Shown here: positions 11,529 through 23,931 of the stretch, one piece after another
Layout: every line of letters begins with the position of its first letter
How positions within the stretch are numbered: the first letter of the stretch is position 1
Assembly (NCBI RefSeq): GCF_006345805.1
Contig: NC_043008.1
Coordinates: 74,834,001-74,898,000 of the forward strand
Origin: Octopus sinensis
Lineage: Eukaryota
Direction of reading: 5' to 3'
DNA length: 64,000 nucleotides
Notes under the pieces: generated by a model
Databases searched by the model: none
Told to the model about the DNA's origin: nothing
Seen by the model: the letters and a program-made list of their open reading frames with translations, nothing else
Program-made: the position numbers and the translations under genes

Positions 11529-11714
11529 GTGAATGTATAGTTTTTAAAACTACATTATTGGTGTCTTAGATTTTAGAATATTTTTTGGTTATCATTGCTG
11601 TCTGTCTTTACTTGACTTATTGCTGCTTTCTGTCCCCTCTTTTACACTTTTCCAATGAACAGCAGTGTGCCTGAGCCCTGATTACAATATACTTTCCTTT
11701 TATCTTTCTTCCTA

Positions 11715-12075
11715 TTTTTTCTTTTTTCTTTTACTTCTTGCAGCTATACTGGAGCGCTGCCTTGAAGAATTTTTAGTTGAATGTATCAACACCAGTCCTT
11801 TTTGTTAAACCTGGTACTTATTCTATCCGTCTCTGTTTGCTGAACTGTTAATGTACTGGGACATAAATACACTTGTCAAGCAAAGGTGAGGGGACAAACA
11901 CACACACACACACAACGGGGTTCTTTCAGTTTTTGTTTAACAAATCTGCTCAGGTTTTTGGTTACCCTTAGACTATAGTAGAAGACATTTGCCCAAAGTA
12001 CCACACAGTGGGACTGAACCTGGAACCATGTGGTTGGGAAGCAAGCTTCTTACCATGCACCCTCGCCTGTGCCTG
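11715..12075 (-). mobile_element. SINE family A, diverged
   Basis: TAGTAGAAGACATTTGCCCAAAG...GGGACTGAACCTGGAACCATGTGG...CTTACCA, with internal (CA)n. Confidence 0.85.
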
Positions 12076-12174
12076 TTCATTACTAGTATATTTTTCCTGT
12101 TGATTTTACTTTGTTTTATATAAACTTTTCCAAACAGTAAGTCAGAAATTTTGTTGTGTATGTTATTTATGAGT

Positions 12175-12266
12175 AACAAAATCATAATTCTCCATATTTT
12201 GTCTCATTTCCCTAAGATATATATCTTAGGGAAATGAGACAAAATATGGAGAATTATGATTTTGTT
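12175..12266. repeat. Perfect spacerless 92-bp palindrome
   Basis: AACAAAATCATAATTCTCCATATTTTGTCTCATTTCCCTAAGATAT is followed directly by its exact reverse complement. Confidence 0.97.
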
Positions 12267-12701
12267 TGAAGTTTGTTACAATATTTGTGATATTGAAAGA
12301 TTTTAAGAGTTATTCTTTGGTTGACAATATATTTCTTAGGATGTGGGATGCACTAATACAAACAGTTTTTTGTAGCTATGTTACTTTTGGCTTTCTAGCT
12401 ATTTGATCATTTATGAGTACCAGTTTGGTTTTATCCTTAAAGCTTCAGTGATCACAAGTACAGTTATCAATCTTAAATGCTACATTTTTGAGACCTCTGT
12501 TGCAAAGTCCTTATATTTACTCAATTTTGTTAACATTTTCACAGAAATGTTGCAGTCTGATTGGATTGACATATCTATTGAACAAGTATATTTTGTCAAT
12601 ATATTTTTTCTACACAATATAAAGTCTCTTGGCCTGAATAGCTGGATCAGTTTGAATACTAAAGTCTCAAAGAATGGAGATGTCATTATTTTCTACTACT
12701 T

Positions 12702-12935
12702 TGGTAGGCTTATATTCCTTTCAGCGGAATCATGTGAGTGTTGGATAAAATTTCCTTGTATTTGTTCCAGCTCTTTACATTCTGACTTCAAATCCTACCT
12801 AGGTCAACTTTGCCTTCAATCCCTATGGGGTTAATAAAATAAAGAACCAGTCAAGTACTGGAATTAATTTGACTATCCCACTCCGTTGAAATTTCATGGC
12901 TTATGTATGTTAGAAACTATAATTACTATGCCTAA
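12702..12935 (+). mobile_element. tRNA-derived SINE, family B, diverged
   Basis: TTCTGACTTCAAATCC (B-box-like) then GGTCAACTTTGCCTTCAATCC.TATGGGG; the same tail occurs at 51494-51618. Confidence 0.65.
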
Positions 12936-12974
12936 AACTATTACATGCTGTATTAATTAGTAGAGATATTGTCT

Positions 12975-15200
12975 TGAGGTTTGGTGACAACAAGTCTCCT
13001 CAAATATCCAGAATCTGTCTTGAGATTCTTGCAGAATACAGAACTGTACTTTTTCACAGGTCAACAAATCAAGTTTCAATTCCAATAGACTTCAGGCTTT
13101 TAGGTAGCAGTTTGGATGTTGTGCCAAATGCACCACTTACTACCCTGGATCGGTCTTGGTATTTCAATTTTTTTGGTATCGACTTTATAAAGTACTGCAA
13201 AATCTAGGATTTTACCTTTGTTTTTTTTTTTTTATCCTCTATAATTTTATCTAGTTTCTTGCTTCAGTAGTATGGTTAGTCTTTATGGGGAGATTCCATA
13301 AAATCCTGCAATTCTTATTCTTTATCACAGCCTCTGGCTCATGTTTTTCTATCATTTTTCTACTTCTTTGAATCTACATATTTGGTTAACATTTCAATGT
13401 ACTCTTTTACATATGCTATCATGCCTGTACTTATATTATTTTTTGTACTAGCTTACTGCATTCATTCAAGAGATGGGTAATAATATCATCTCCTTTCCCA
13501 CAGATTCTGTATTTGCTCTCTCTCCCTTAGTTTTATCAAATGTCCTAATGGCTTGTTCTTGAGTAGCTATAAGTAGCATTTCAGTTACATATTGTAGAAT
13601 TCCATCTCTCGGTGTTCTTTAATTTCAGCATCCTTAGGTTGTTGCATGAATTAGCCATGTAATTGCTCCTCATTCCAGCTATTTGTTCTGTTGTTCTTCC
13701 TTCTGTTCTTGTATTCTATTGTTTCAGTATCTTCTTGAACATTTTTTAGTTACCAATTGTATTTTTTCCTCATTATGTACGATCTAGTTTTTCAAACCCA
13801 GTATTGCAGTTCTAATGGTGTCTTGTGCATTTAGCAATCCTCTCCCACCTTCATTTCTTGGTGGTTATAATCTGTCAATATTACCCCTAGTCTCTGTGAA
13901 TTTTATAGCAGGAATTGAGTGTATGACTGCTAATATGTCTCATGTATTCATTGCATTGATAATATTCCCCTCCTTTTAATTTTGTTTCAAGCACCTTCTC
14001 AATTCTTCTCTTGTACTCTTGAGAGTTTTTCTCTCTCATTTCTCTTGCCATTTCCCTATGATCTTGCACTGTTCATAGCTACTTGCATCCTTAATTATTT
14101 CACAGCAATCTAATGTCATCTTGTAATTTTATACCATCATAATTTATCTCTCAGCCTCTCTTCATAATTAACACTGTACACTTAATCACCCTAAACTGCA
14201 TCTCAATATCTTACTAAACACTCTCACTGTTTCAATTAAAGAATTCAGGTATTTTTCACTTTTTGTATATAGTTTAAGGTTGTCCATATAAAAGCAGGTG
14301 ATTTATTTTCATCTTGGTTTTGATAAACTCATTGGCTGGCCTAGTTATTCTCAGTATACTTGTCAGAAAGATTAATGAAGAGAGAGCAAGCTTCCTGGAA
14401 TATTTTCACATTTCCTAATAATGCATTTGTGTATGTTAGTTCTATTTCCCATGTTCTTATTGCTTTTTCTAGGAAACTGTTTATCTTCACATTGACTCTG
14501 AATGTCCTCAGGCATTTCAGGAGCCTGTCATATGGAACATTGTCATAAGCTGCCTTGTAGTCTATCCAGCCAACAGCTAAATTCTTCTCTCTTATTCATA
14601 CATTATTTACTACCATAGTAACAATATACAGCAGATACCCTTGACTTCTTTCTGTATCCGGTTTTCTCCTCTGGCAATAGATTCTTCTTCATCAGAAAGC
14701 TGTACACTTCATTTGCTATGGGGCCAGTTAATAGTTTCCTGAGTAATTGTTAGCATGTTATAGGCCTGTAATTACTGACTTCACTTTCTTTTCTATGTTC
14801 TTCTGTACCAGTACTGTCTTTCCTTTTGTCATGTTGATGTTTCATTTTCTATACAGTTAGTAGGAAATGATTGTTTATGGCTGTATGTATTTGGAAGCCC
14901 TTTGAGCCAGAATCTCTGAACTCTAGTCTGAAGGCTTTACAATTTGGTATTTTCTTAAGCATCTCTTTTACTTTCTTATCTATGATATCATATTTTCTTG
15001 TTTTGCTCCCTCTTCCATTTCAGCTTTAAATTTACATATACAGATTGCTTCCATATTATGTTGATCGTCTTCGTGCCAAATTTCTGACCAAAAGTTCTTT
15101 GCTACTTCAGCAACTGGCACATCATTTTTCTTGTAGTCCCTCCCCATTCTTTAGCTGTTTGTAGAATTTCCTTTCCCTATTTCTGTAGAGCCTCTCTTAT
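12975..15200 (-). mobile_element. Decayed R4/Dong-like non-LTR retrotransposon (RT + restriction-like endonuclease)
   Basis: Minus-strand remnants NYRPIT, LLPEEKTGYRK, AVGWIDYKAAYDNVP, EYKRRIEKVLETKLKGG and C-terminal VVVGAFG...STVLYSARI; many stops and frameshifts. Confidence 0.8.
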
Positions 15201-15339
15201 TGGTATTGGTTTATTCTTTGCTGGTATGTTTTTAAAAGAATTTTTTTTAACTAACATTATTTTGAAATTTTTTTACCAAATTTATAAGTAAATTAGTTCT
15301 CTCTGTCACACACATACTTACACACTCACACATACACAC

Positions 15340-15442
15340 ACACATATATATATAAAATGGTTTCCTCAGTTTTTTACTACCAGTTTCACTGATAAGGTAT
15401 TAGTGAACCAGAAACTGTACTTGAAATCACTTGCTCCATGTC
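15340..15442 (-). mobile_element. SINE family A fragment, truncated against the duplicated segment
   Basis: (CA)n...TTTCCTCAGTT...ACCAGTTTCACTGATAAGG, degenerate match to the SINE A centre. Confidence 0.55.
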
Positions 15443-15717
15443 CTGTACTGATGGACTAAACCCCAAATATTGTGGTTGTCAAGTGACCTTCTTGACTTCA
15501 TGGTTATAGCTGCCTGAGTATGTCTATAAAATAATTTGAAATAATGTGTTAGTAAAGTAACTAATAGTTTGTAATTTGTTGGTGTTTGGTACGTCACTTA
15601 ATTGTTCCACTGAAATCTTGCATTATTTTTCATAAAGCAGGTGGGAGTTTGGTTTACATTAACCTGAATATGATCAAAGTTTTGGATTGACAGGTGATAT
15701 AGGATTAGGATTTAAAT
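15443..15717 (+). repeat. Copy 2 of the near-identical direct duplication (partner 11280-11528)
   Basis: Contains the extra 26 bp GCAGGTGGGAGTTTGGTTTACATTAA. Confidence 0.95.
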
Positions 15718-16699
15718 TTTAGCATCTACATATTAAATCTGTTAAACTTGCAGGTCCATGTGCCAATATCATAATTCCCTTTTGAGACAATATTTTATAG
15801 TTTTGTTGTTGCCAACCATTCTGTTTGCCTTTTACATACCCATTCTAGACTCAGGTTACACACAGGACCTCATTAATTTTAGAAACTTCTATCTAGAAGT
15901 AGGAAGATAATAAATCAAAGCAAACATAAATATAATAAATTAATATAAACAAAGTTGTAAGAAGTTTAATTATTCTGTGTAATTGTTTAGAACTTTCTGA
16001 CCCAAACAAATGTGTCATGTAGAAAGAACATTACAATATTTATATTTCTTTCAAAGAACAGTCTAACCTCTACGACAAAAGCTTCTCGTCAGTTGGATAA
16101 TGGTTCCTATTGTGTCACTTGTGCTCTAGATTCTATGGGTTGAGGCAAAATTGTTCTGCTATTCAGAGGTCACAATAACAAGAATATTAACAATGGAAAC
16201 TCTGTCTGCTGCTGCTGTGAAGTAGATATGTTTTGGGAAATATTTTACATTAGAATTAGGTCTTGTGACTTAAGGGAAAACTTGAGAACTTTAGCAAATA
16301 TCTCTTACTTTTCTAAAGAATTTGTCTAATTTTGATACTTAAATATATCTAAATATATCTGCATATTTACAATGTACACACACACATACACACACACACA
16401 GAGCAGATGTCCTGTAAATAAAGCAAGATTTAAACATCACTATTAAAAGATGAGAGGAGTTGTAGGAAAGAATGATGGATTGTGAAGGAGTATTTTGTAT
16501 CTTTACACAAGCAAATGCTCTTGTAAGTTCAAGTTTTTCTTCTCAGTCTACCTGTTTATGCGTCTGTCTACCTGTCTGTATATATCTGTCTGTTGCTGTT
16601 GAAGGAGAATGGTACAAATTATTTTTAAAAATGAATTGCATACCCCCCACCACCACCACACACAGGAAAATGGTTTTCTTAACTAATCAGATGACTCAC

Positions 16700-17260
16700 T
16701 AGAAGTAGTAAATACCTTTAGTTACTTAGGAGACATAATTAGCAGAGTTGGTGGTTGCTCTGAAAGAATTATAATCAAGTTAAGAAGGTGTTGGAAGAAG
16801 TTCAAGGAGTTCCTAATATAGCTGCTGGCAAGAAGGTCTGCCTTCACAATGAAAGGCAGATTGTATGCTGCATGTTAGAACTGTGTTTCTGCATGGTAGT
16901 GAGCCATGGGCCATGAATACAGAGTATTTGGGAAGATTGGAATGAAATAAAGCTAACATGCTCCAGTGGAAGTGCAATATTATTGTGCATGAATGTCAGA
17001 GTACAAAAGGAGCTAAGAGAAAAACTGGTTATAAGAGAAATCAGATGTACTGTACAAGAAAGGAGGCTGCCCTGTTAGAGGTATGTGATATGTGTGGAGT
17101 ATGACCACTGCAAACAAAATCATTGAGTATTCCAATTTAGTGGAACCTGTGGAAGAGGGAGATCAAGGAAGACTGGGGATGAAGTGGTGAAGGCTGGTCT
17201 GAAGATGCTACATCTATTGAAGGATATTACAAAGGACCCTACTGATTGGCAATATTTAAT
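16700..17260 (+). mobile_element. Decayed RTE LINE fragment (RT C-terminal part)
   Basis: Homologous to 37660-38200: FSYLGD...GGCSE, KGRLYAAC, LHGSEPWA, KTGDEVVK. Confidence 0.75.
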
Positions 17261-17346
17261 GCTACAGAAGACTCATCTACCCATGGAAAAGTGCACCCTA
17301 ACTCAAGGGTAGTGAGTAAGGTGTTGTACCATAATTTTTTGTAGGT

Positions 17347-17537
17347 GTATAAGGCGGTGCTGAAAAGTTCCTGGGCTTGGGTGAAAGAAAATCCAGAAGG
17401 ATCAGTTAATTATGATTTTACTCCACATATTCCTCTCTCAGATCAATACATTTATTGCAGCGGTCCTTCAGTTTTTCTACACCCTGTAAAAGAACTTCAA
17501 AGGTTGGACCTCTAACCAAGCCTTTCACAATACCCTT
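17347..17537. mobile_element. Mariner-derived non-autonomous element (~200 bp)
   Basis: Ends GGTGCTGAAAAGTTCC...TTCAGCACCCC are inverted repeats; TA-flanked on the left. Confidence 0.65.
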
Positions 17538-18626
17538 AAGGCCTTCAGCACCCCTTTCTAAATGTATATCTATATACTGCTTTTCATGAAGCCTAGCTTA
17601 TGCCTGTCACTTTATATCATCCAGAACTCCTATCTCTTCATCACTCACAGTACACTCTCTTCCAAGTTACTTTTACTACCTCCCAACACTTCCTCTTAGC
17701 TTTGTCTTACTATTTGCACTTATACCTCAAGGATGCCTTCTAGCTTTTCTTTCCCTTGCTACATCCATCAGCTGTTGTCCTCCTCTCTTTTTCCTTTTCA
17801 CTCCTTCACTGTTCACAATGCTTTTGCAGCAGTCACACTCTGGTACCCACTAATATCTACTTCATGGTACCATTCATTATTTACTTTTTTTCCTTTTTTC
17901 TCACTCTTCTCTCCCATACATCTCTGCCACTTCAACACTCCTACACTTTTCTCATCTTGCCCATCTGACTCATTCTATGAGACCTGCTTCCCAACACCTC
18001 TCAATGATTTTCTCAGGATTCTTCTCCACTGTCATCCATTGTTCCTTTACTATCACTTTTCCCCCCACACATTCTGCCCATTCTCATCCCTTATGTTCAT
18101 CCCTATCATCTTTTCAGCTCTATACCTCCCTTTTCTTTGACCTTCTCACTAATCCCTTCCCTTTCCCCTGTTACCTGCTATACTCCCTCATCTTACTCAT
18201 CATTTCTACATCCATGACACCATTGCACATCCTCTCTTCTATTCTCCTTCAATTACAGATTCCACTTCAGGGCTAAGTAATGAGGCTATCATCAATAGTG
18301 CTGTTTATGAGGCAATCCTTACTAGTGCTGGTGCCAAGAATAAAAGCACCCAGTGCTTTTCCATCCAACTGAGTAGACCTATAGATAAGTTCACCAATGC
18401 TTTAAGTAAGAGAAAAATGTAAACATTTACTTAGCTTGGTATATTGTAATCAGCTGCAAGTGAAATCCCAATGAAGAATTGAAATTAGTTCTGTTTTTCT
18501 CTTGTTAGATATACATTGGCATGTGTGTGTGTGTGTGTGTGTACATATATATATATGTGTGTGTGTCTATGTATGTAAACACACACACACATATGTATAC
18601 ATATGCATGCATGCATATACATACAC

Positions 18627-18677
<51 letters not shown>

Positions 18678-18876
18678 ATATGCAAACGTTGAACAATGAG
18701 AATGAGTGCTCAGCACCACATTGGTGGATAAAACTTCTTTATTTGTGTATTAAGATTAACACCATTCCCCCATGTGATTAGTTTGAAAAATTATTAAGAT
18801 ATTAAGATTTTTTCTTAACATGAAATCAATGGTAGCCTTAATACACAAATAAAGAAAATATATATATATATATATA

Positions 18877-20102
18877 TCAGGCTGAGTAAAAACTAAGCAA
18901 TGTTTTGAAACATGAAATTCATTTCAATATATTTCAACAATGTGGAAATTTTATTTATCAAAGTATCATTACAATCAACACATTTTTGCCAATGAGTTAC
19001 AAGTTTGTTTATTCTGGTAACATAAAAATCTGGAGTTCTGGACCTATTGAACTCTTGAAGGTGCTTGAAAAAGTGGTTGTCACTAGGAGAGAAGTCTAGG
19101 GAATAAGCTGGGTGGAGAAAAACTTCATATCCAAGTTCCCTCAACTTCTGGAGCATCATTAGTGAAACATATTGTTGAGCATTGTCATGAAGAATGATTG
19201 GCCCTCTTCTGTTGACCAGTCTGGGACAGAGAGGTAGCAGTTTTTCGTTCATTTTGGCAATTTTATGGCAATATGTTTCTGCAGTAATGGTTTTTCTTGG
19301 GTTTTAAGAAGTTATAGTGGATGAGTCCAGCAGTACACCACCAAACAGTCACTATAGCCCTCATTTTGAAGAGCTCGGGTTTAGGGAAGGATTTTGGTGC
19401 TTCATTTTGGTCGAACCAGTGTGAAGAACATTTTTTTATTATTGTACAGAATCCACTTTTCATCGTAAGTTACAATACTTTTGAGAAATGGATCGCTCTG
19501 GTTACGGAGAAGAAGCAACAAGTAAATTTTATATCTGTGCATTTTCTGATTTTCATTGAAATCTTGTGGGGCACATCTGTCAAACTTTCTTGATTTTCTG
19601 ATTATATGCAAATGGTTGCAGGCAGTTTCCTGGCTAACTTGAAGTTCTTTTGCCTGTTCTTGAGTGGTTTTCCGTGGATCTTACTCAATGAGGGTCTTTA
19701 ATTGACTATCATCGATGACAGATGGGTGTCTGCTATGCTCATGATCTTCAGAGCTCAGGTCTCCACTGCAAAATTATTTAAACCATTTTCGAGCTGACCA
19801 CTCACAGGTCATTTCCTGACCAAATGTTTCGTTGATATCACGAAAGGTTTCAGCTGCTTTATGTCCTTTTTTAAAGTTGAATAGCAAAATTGCTTGAATA
19901 TTGTGCTTTGACAGTTCCATTCCAGATGATTGTAACAAAGGTGAAAAAAGTATCAATGTAAATTTATTGATGCCTTTTGGCCAGTCTATGTCTGTATTAT
20001 CAAACAATTGCAAAAATATGTTTAAAATAATTCAAAACTCTGCAAAAATTTGGTACAAATTTTTCATGGTTCAAAATGATGCTTGCTTTTTACTCAAATT
20101 GA
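18877..20102 (-). mobile_element. Mariner transposon, decayed, both TIRs present
   Basis: Roughly 40-bp imperfect TIRs (TCA..TGAGTAAAAA..AAGCA...TTTTGAA.CATGAAA) embedded in (TA)n at both ends, with transposase remnants inside. Confidence 0.9.
18893..19950 (-). pseudogene. Mariner DD34D transposase, frameshifted
   Basis: MELSKHNIQAILLFNFKKG (HTH), IVTYDEKW, WWCTAG, LHDNA, HPAYSLDFSPSD across three frames. Confidence 0.9.
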
Positions 20103-20122
20103 TATATATATATATATATATA

Positions 20123-20380
20123 TATTGTTGTATTTCGGAATGGTCATTTTGCCAGTTTAGCCAATAAAAACACATGCACTATATATTTGGTGTTACTTTG
20201 CTTCAGTGTTATTAATTTTTTACATTAATCTTAATCTTATTTCGGCCAGAGTTCTTTTGTCACACTCCTGTGACCTCATCAGTGGTCCATTGCTTTCTTC
20301 TTTCGTATGTCTCTCCTTACTAATGGTCAGCCATTTTATTGGCTAAACTGGCAAAATGACCATTCCTAAATACAACAATA
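20123..20380. mobile_element. MITE-like foldback element, 47-bp TIRs
   Basis: TATTGTTGTATTT(C/A)GGAATGGTCATTTTGCCAGTTTAGCCAATAAAA at both ends with one mismatch; TA flanks. Confidence 0.88.
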
Positions 20381-20419
20381 TCTGTTTCAACACACAATTT
20401 CACATCAAAGATCTTGCAA

Positions 20420-20459
<40 letters not shown>

Positions 20460-20463
<4 letters not shown>

Positions 20464-20830
20464 CAACAATTGAGGGTAAAATTAATTAATTAATCAATTT
20501 CACCAAGTATTCAGTATGCAAAGGGACCATTTAAGGCGAATTCAAATTATTACATTATATAAAAGGGCTTAGTAAAATAAATTACTTTGCCGCATACTGA
20601 ACTCATTAGAAATAGCAGCTAAAAAAACTTTTTTAAAACTATTTCTAATACTTAAAGAAAACCTCTCTCATATAGTGTTTGCTCAACTCAACTCACGCAA
20701 ATATGGGGGTAGAGACATTAAAAAATCAAGTGCAAAGGTTATTTGAGAACGTACGTTTCAAGATTAGTCAAAGTCGACATTTCTATCATCAGCTCAGAAC
20801 TCCCTGGTTTGGATTTGAAAACACTGAAAG
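20460..20830. mobile_element. Interspersed repeat, Penelope-pLTR-like
   Basis: Begins at (TA)n and carries a hammerhead fold on the minus strand; family assignment is inferred. Confidence 0.4.
20744..20796 (-). ncRNA. Type I hammerhead ribozyme candidate
   Basis: TGAG-CTGATGA-TAGA...TCTT-GAAA-C-GTAC-GTT-CTCA: stem I TGAG/CTCA, stem III AC/GT with GTAC loop, GUU triplet; U-U mismatch at the base of stem II. Confidence 0.6.
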
Positions 20831-20920
20831 TAGGAGCATACCCTTTCGGCTTCCTCTATATATATATACACACACACACACACACATAGATATATCTATG
20901 AATATAAAACCTACATATAC

Positions 20921-20971
<51 letters not shown>

Positions 20972-21559
20972 ATAAGGGAATATATATCTATGTACATCTT
21001 AGCTGATAGTTCTATATTTGTCTACTTACTTTTTCACAGTATGCTTATATTGAGAAAACTTGAGAGTCAGCGGCATGACTCTTTGGCTTTGAACAGTTAA
21101 ATAGAATATACTATGTTTTGGTACATGAAAATGCTTACAAATTCATTATGTTACATATATTTTGCTACATTTCCCTGTATTGGGCAGGTGTTGACCAATC
21201 ACAGTAACTTGCCATTTGTTCTGTCTTTGTGAAGGTCCACTTGCTTCTGTTGAGAATAAAGAACATTTTTTTTTATCTTTGACTTCCTTAGTCTTTCTCT
21301 TCTGCATGATGCTCCCATTTACCACTTGTGTACCTAACTATTATCCTCTTCCTTTCTGCACATCTCTACCAGCACAATCTCCTGTCTTGTATAATACATC
21401 TGATTCTTCTTCAACCTTGCCTTTTCTCAGTTCTTTTGTGCTCCATCATCCACACTGACAGTACACATCAAGCTGAGCTTGCTTCCATTATTTCCAGCTT
21501 TTACTCTGTTTTCTGCTTTCAATACCCATGTTTTGATACCATGCAACACTGCACTTTGC

Positions 21560-21740
21560 ACACATGCAGAGGAAGACATGGAAAGAAATGGTAAAAGCCG
21601 ATCTCAGCTGGCTGAAATTTACAAAGGAGATGACAGAGAGCCACACCGAGTAGTAAGAAGCTGAGCTGGAGAAGATCCAATCTGCTCATGCAAGCATGGT
21701 AAAATGGACATAAAAATAATGATGATAATGATGATGATGC
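21560..21740 (+). mobile_element. Old RTE LINE 3' end
   Basis: RKTWKEMVKADL...EM followed by CATGCAAGCATGG and a (GAT)n tail. Confidence 0.65.
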
Positions 21741-22609
21741 TGTACACCACACACATACATACGCACACACACACACACACAGATACACACACACACACTG
21801 TAAAATACACTGACAATCGCTGTTGTAAGCTAGAATGTTTGGTAAGTAAAATCAATAAGCATAAAATAAAGGAACACCTTTCATGTCTTATCAGTATTGA
21901 ACAAACAATAGATGTGAAAGAACTCTACCTGATTCTATACAACTTTCTCCTTCACAAATGATGACAAGAGCTACAAATAAGTTTACTTATACGCATCACT
22001 AACCTTCACCAGTTTCTCTTGCTGCTTTGAAGAAATACTTAACAATGGTAGATAATGTGTTGAGTTTCTTCCTTGGCTCTTTCATATTTCATCTTACACT
22101 ATTTATCCCTTTCTCTCTTTCTACACACACATACTGTGTCTTTGGAAATCAATACATACCTCTGGCTGATCATGTAGCAGGTGCAAAATAGCTTTTAAAA
22201 CTGCTCTGGAAATGCATTTGCAGACAAATATCCCTATTTAGTTACTAATTCAATGAGGAGTCTGATTTGTCTGAAATAGATTTAATGAAAATTACTGATC
22301 TTAATGGTCATATTAATAGATTCTCAGAAATCTGGTGATGCCACTCTCTTCTTTTTTCTCTTCCATTTTGTTCTGTTCCATCCTTATGTTTAGTGAGGGT
22401 CTGATTAAATCTGCTCTGTTTCTTTTATTCAGCAGGATAATATGACAAATGACTTCCTCTCTTGTACCAATTGTTCTCTCTTTAATTTGTGCCAATATTT
22501 GGTTCACCAAGTTCAAGTTGGCATCTAACAATCACTGCCACACCAAACTTCTCTTTCTCTCTAGTTTCACACTCACTGCCTCAACCTCAGACTATTTTAT
22601 ATTTTCTAG

Positions 22610-22705
22610 TGGGTGACAGATATGGCAGAGAGCCTGACAAAATACCTTGCAGCATTTAGTTATATCTCCTTACATTCTCAGTTCAAATCTCACTGAGGTC
22701 AGTAA
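22610..22705 (+). mobile_element. SINE family B 5' fragment
   Basis: ACATTCTCAGTTCAAATCTCACTGAGGTCA, B-box-like. Confidence 0.5.
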
Positions 22706-22781
22706 AATAAATACTAGTCAAGTATTAAGATTAATGTAATTGATATTATTTTCCAAATATTTGTCCTTGAATCTATCTCAG

Positions 22782-22871
22782 AAACCCTTAATGTGACAAA
22801 AGAGCAGTGCTTTGTGTTCTGCCAATTTTGTGACAATTGCCATTGCTTTCGATTTCCCAGTACACATAACT
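22782..22871 (+). other. Candidate phase 1-1 exon with PAN/apple-like cysteine spacing
   Basis: CTCAG acceptor and T|GTAAAT donor; 90 nt encoding (E)TLNVTKEQCFVFCQFCDNCHCFRFPSTHN(C). Confidence 0.28.
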
Positions 22872-23931
22872 GTAAATAAGTGCTACAGATCACTGTTGTG
22901 GGATTGTTGATTAATTGTCGTAAAATGTGTCCATCCCAACAGGTAGATAAGTGTCTTATCTGTAGGAACATTTTTCTCTTTTTAATTAATTTGATTTATT
23001 ACAGTCATTAAACCACTGGTTTGCTGTGTTCCTTCCTTTATCTCTTCTGCTGGTTCTGTAACAGCCTCTACTTCACTCAATTTGCCAGAAATCTGTTTCC
23101 AACCAATATCATCACTCAATATCACCACCACTTCCTGTCGACTCCTCAACTGTCTGAGCTACTCTTCAGATGTAGACAATAAACACTGGTCCATGACACT
23201 TTTTCATTTCTCTGAAACAAACCCTCTACCCAATTTTTTCCCCCACAAACAATAATCTACAAAAATTTATGATCTCACCAGTCTGGGACAGCTTGTAAGG
23301 GTCATAGGCATGATCCCACTGGTTTTGAATAAGTTACATACTTATATATATATATATATCTGTATATGTACAGGTATGCTGATGCAAACAGAAGAAATAG
23401 AACTCAATTATGAGCATGTTACTTCTAGTAACATTTAGCAGAAGTAACAGAGTGACGCAAGATCCAAGAGTTACTTCTGTTAAATACTAATACAGACAGA
23501 CAGACATACAGACACACACAAACACACTCATGGTTGGTGCCATGAGAAATGTTTCTATATTTTGAGAGGCAAGGTTCTCAGTTAACCATTTACTTACAAC
23601 ACTAAGCCCTAAGTACTATAAACATCTTGAAAAATATAGTACAGAAGGGATTTATACTGTAAGATGGATCATATTTACATATATATATAGACTTAATGTA
23701 AAAGTGAATGGTACCATGCCATGCTACATATCAACAACTTAGTGAACTGGTTCACTTACTGAGAGACATAGTCTTTACTGCTTCTGGAACCAAGCACCAC
23801 TGATACCATATATGAAGAACTAGCATTTAATCAAGTAGGATAGACTCAGCTGGTTGAAATCAAGCCTATATCACATACAATAGCAAATATCTTGGGTCAA
23901 AGGATCAAGGGGTCAATGGATTAGCTGAACT

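Noticed and set aside
15754-15855. YFIVLLLPTILFAFYIPILDSG resembling a nicotinic-receptor M1 segment
   Set aside because: About six residues too short, lacks the following EK motif, and no other receptor exons were seen.
20240-20282. CUGAUGAG...CGAAA hammerhead cores inside the 47-bp-TIR element (minus strand)
   Set aside because: Stem II forms, but I could not build stems I and III with a cleavage triplet in any topology.
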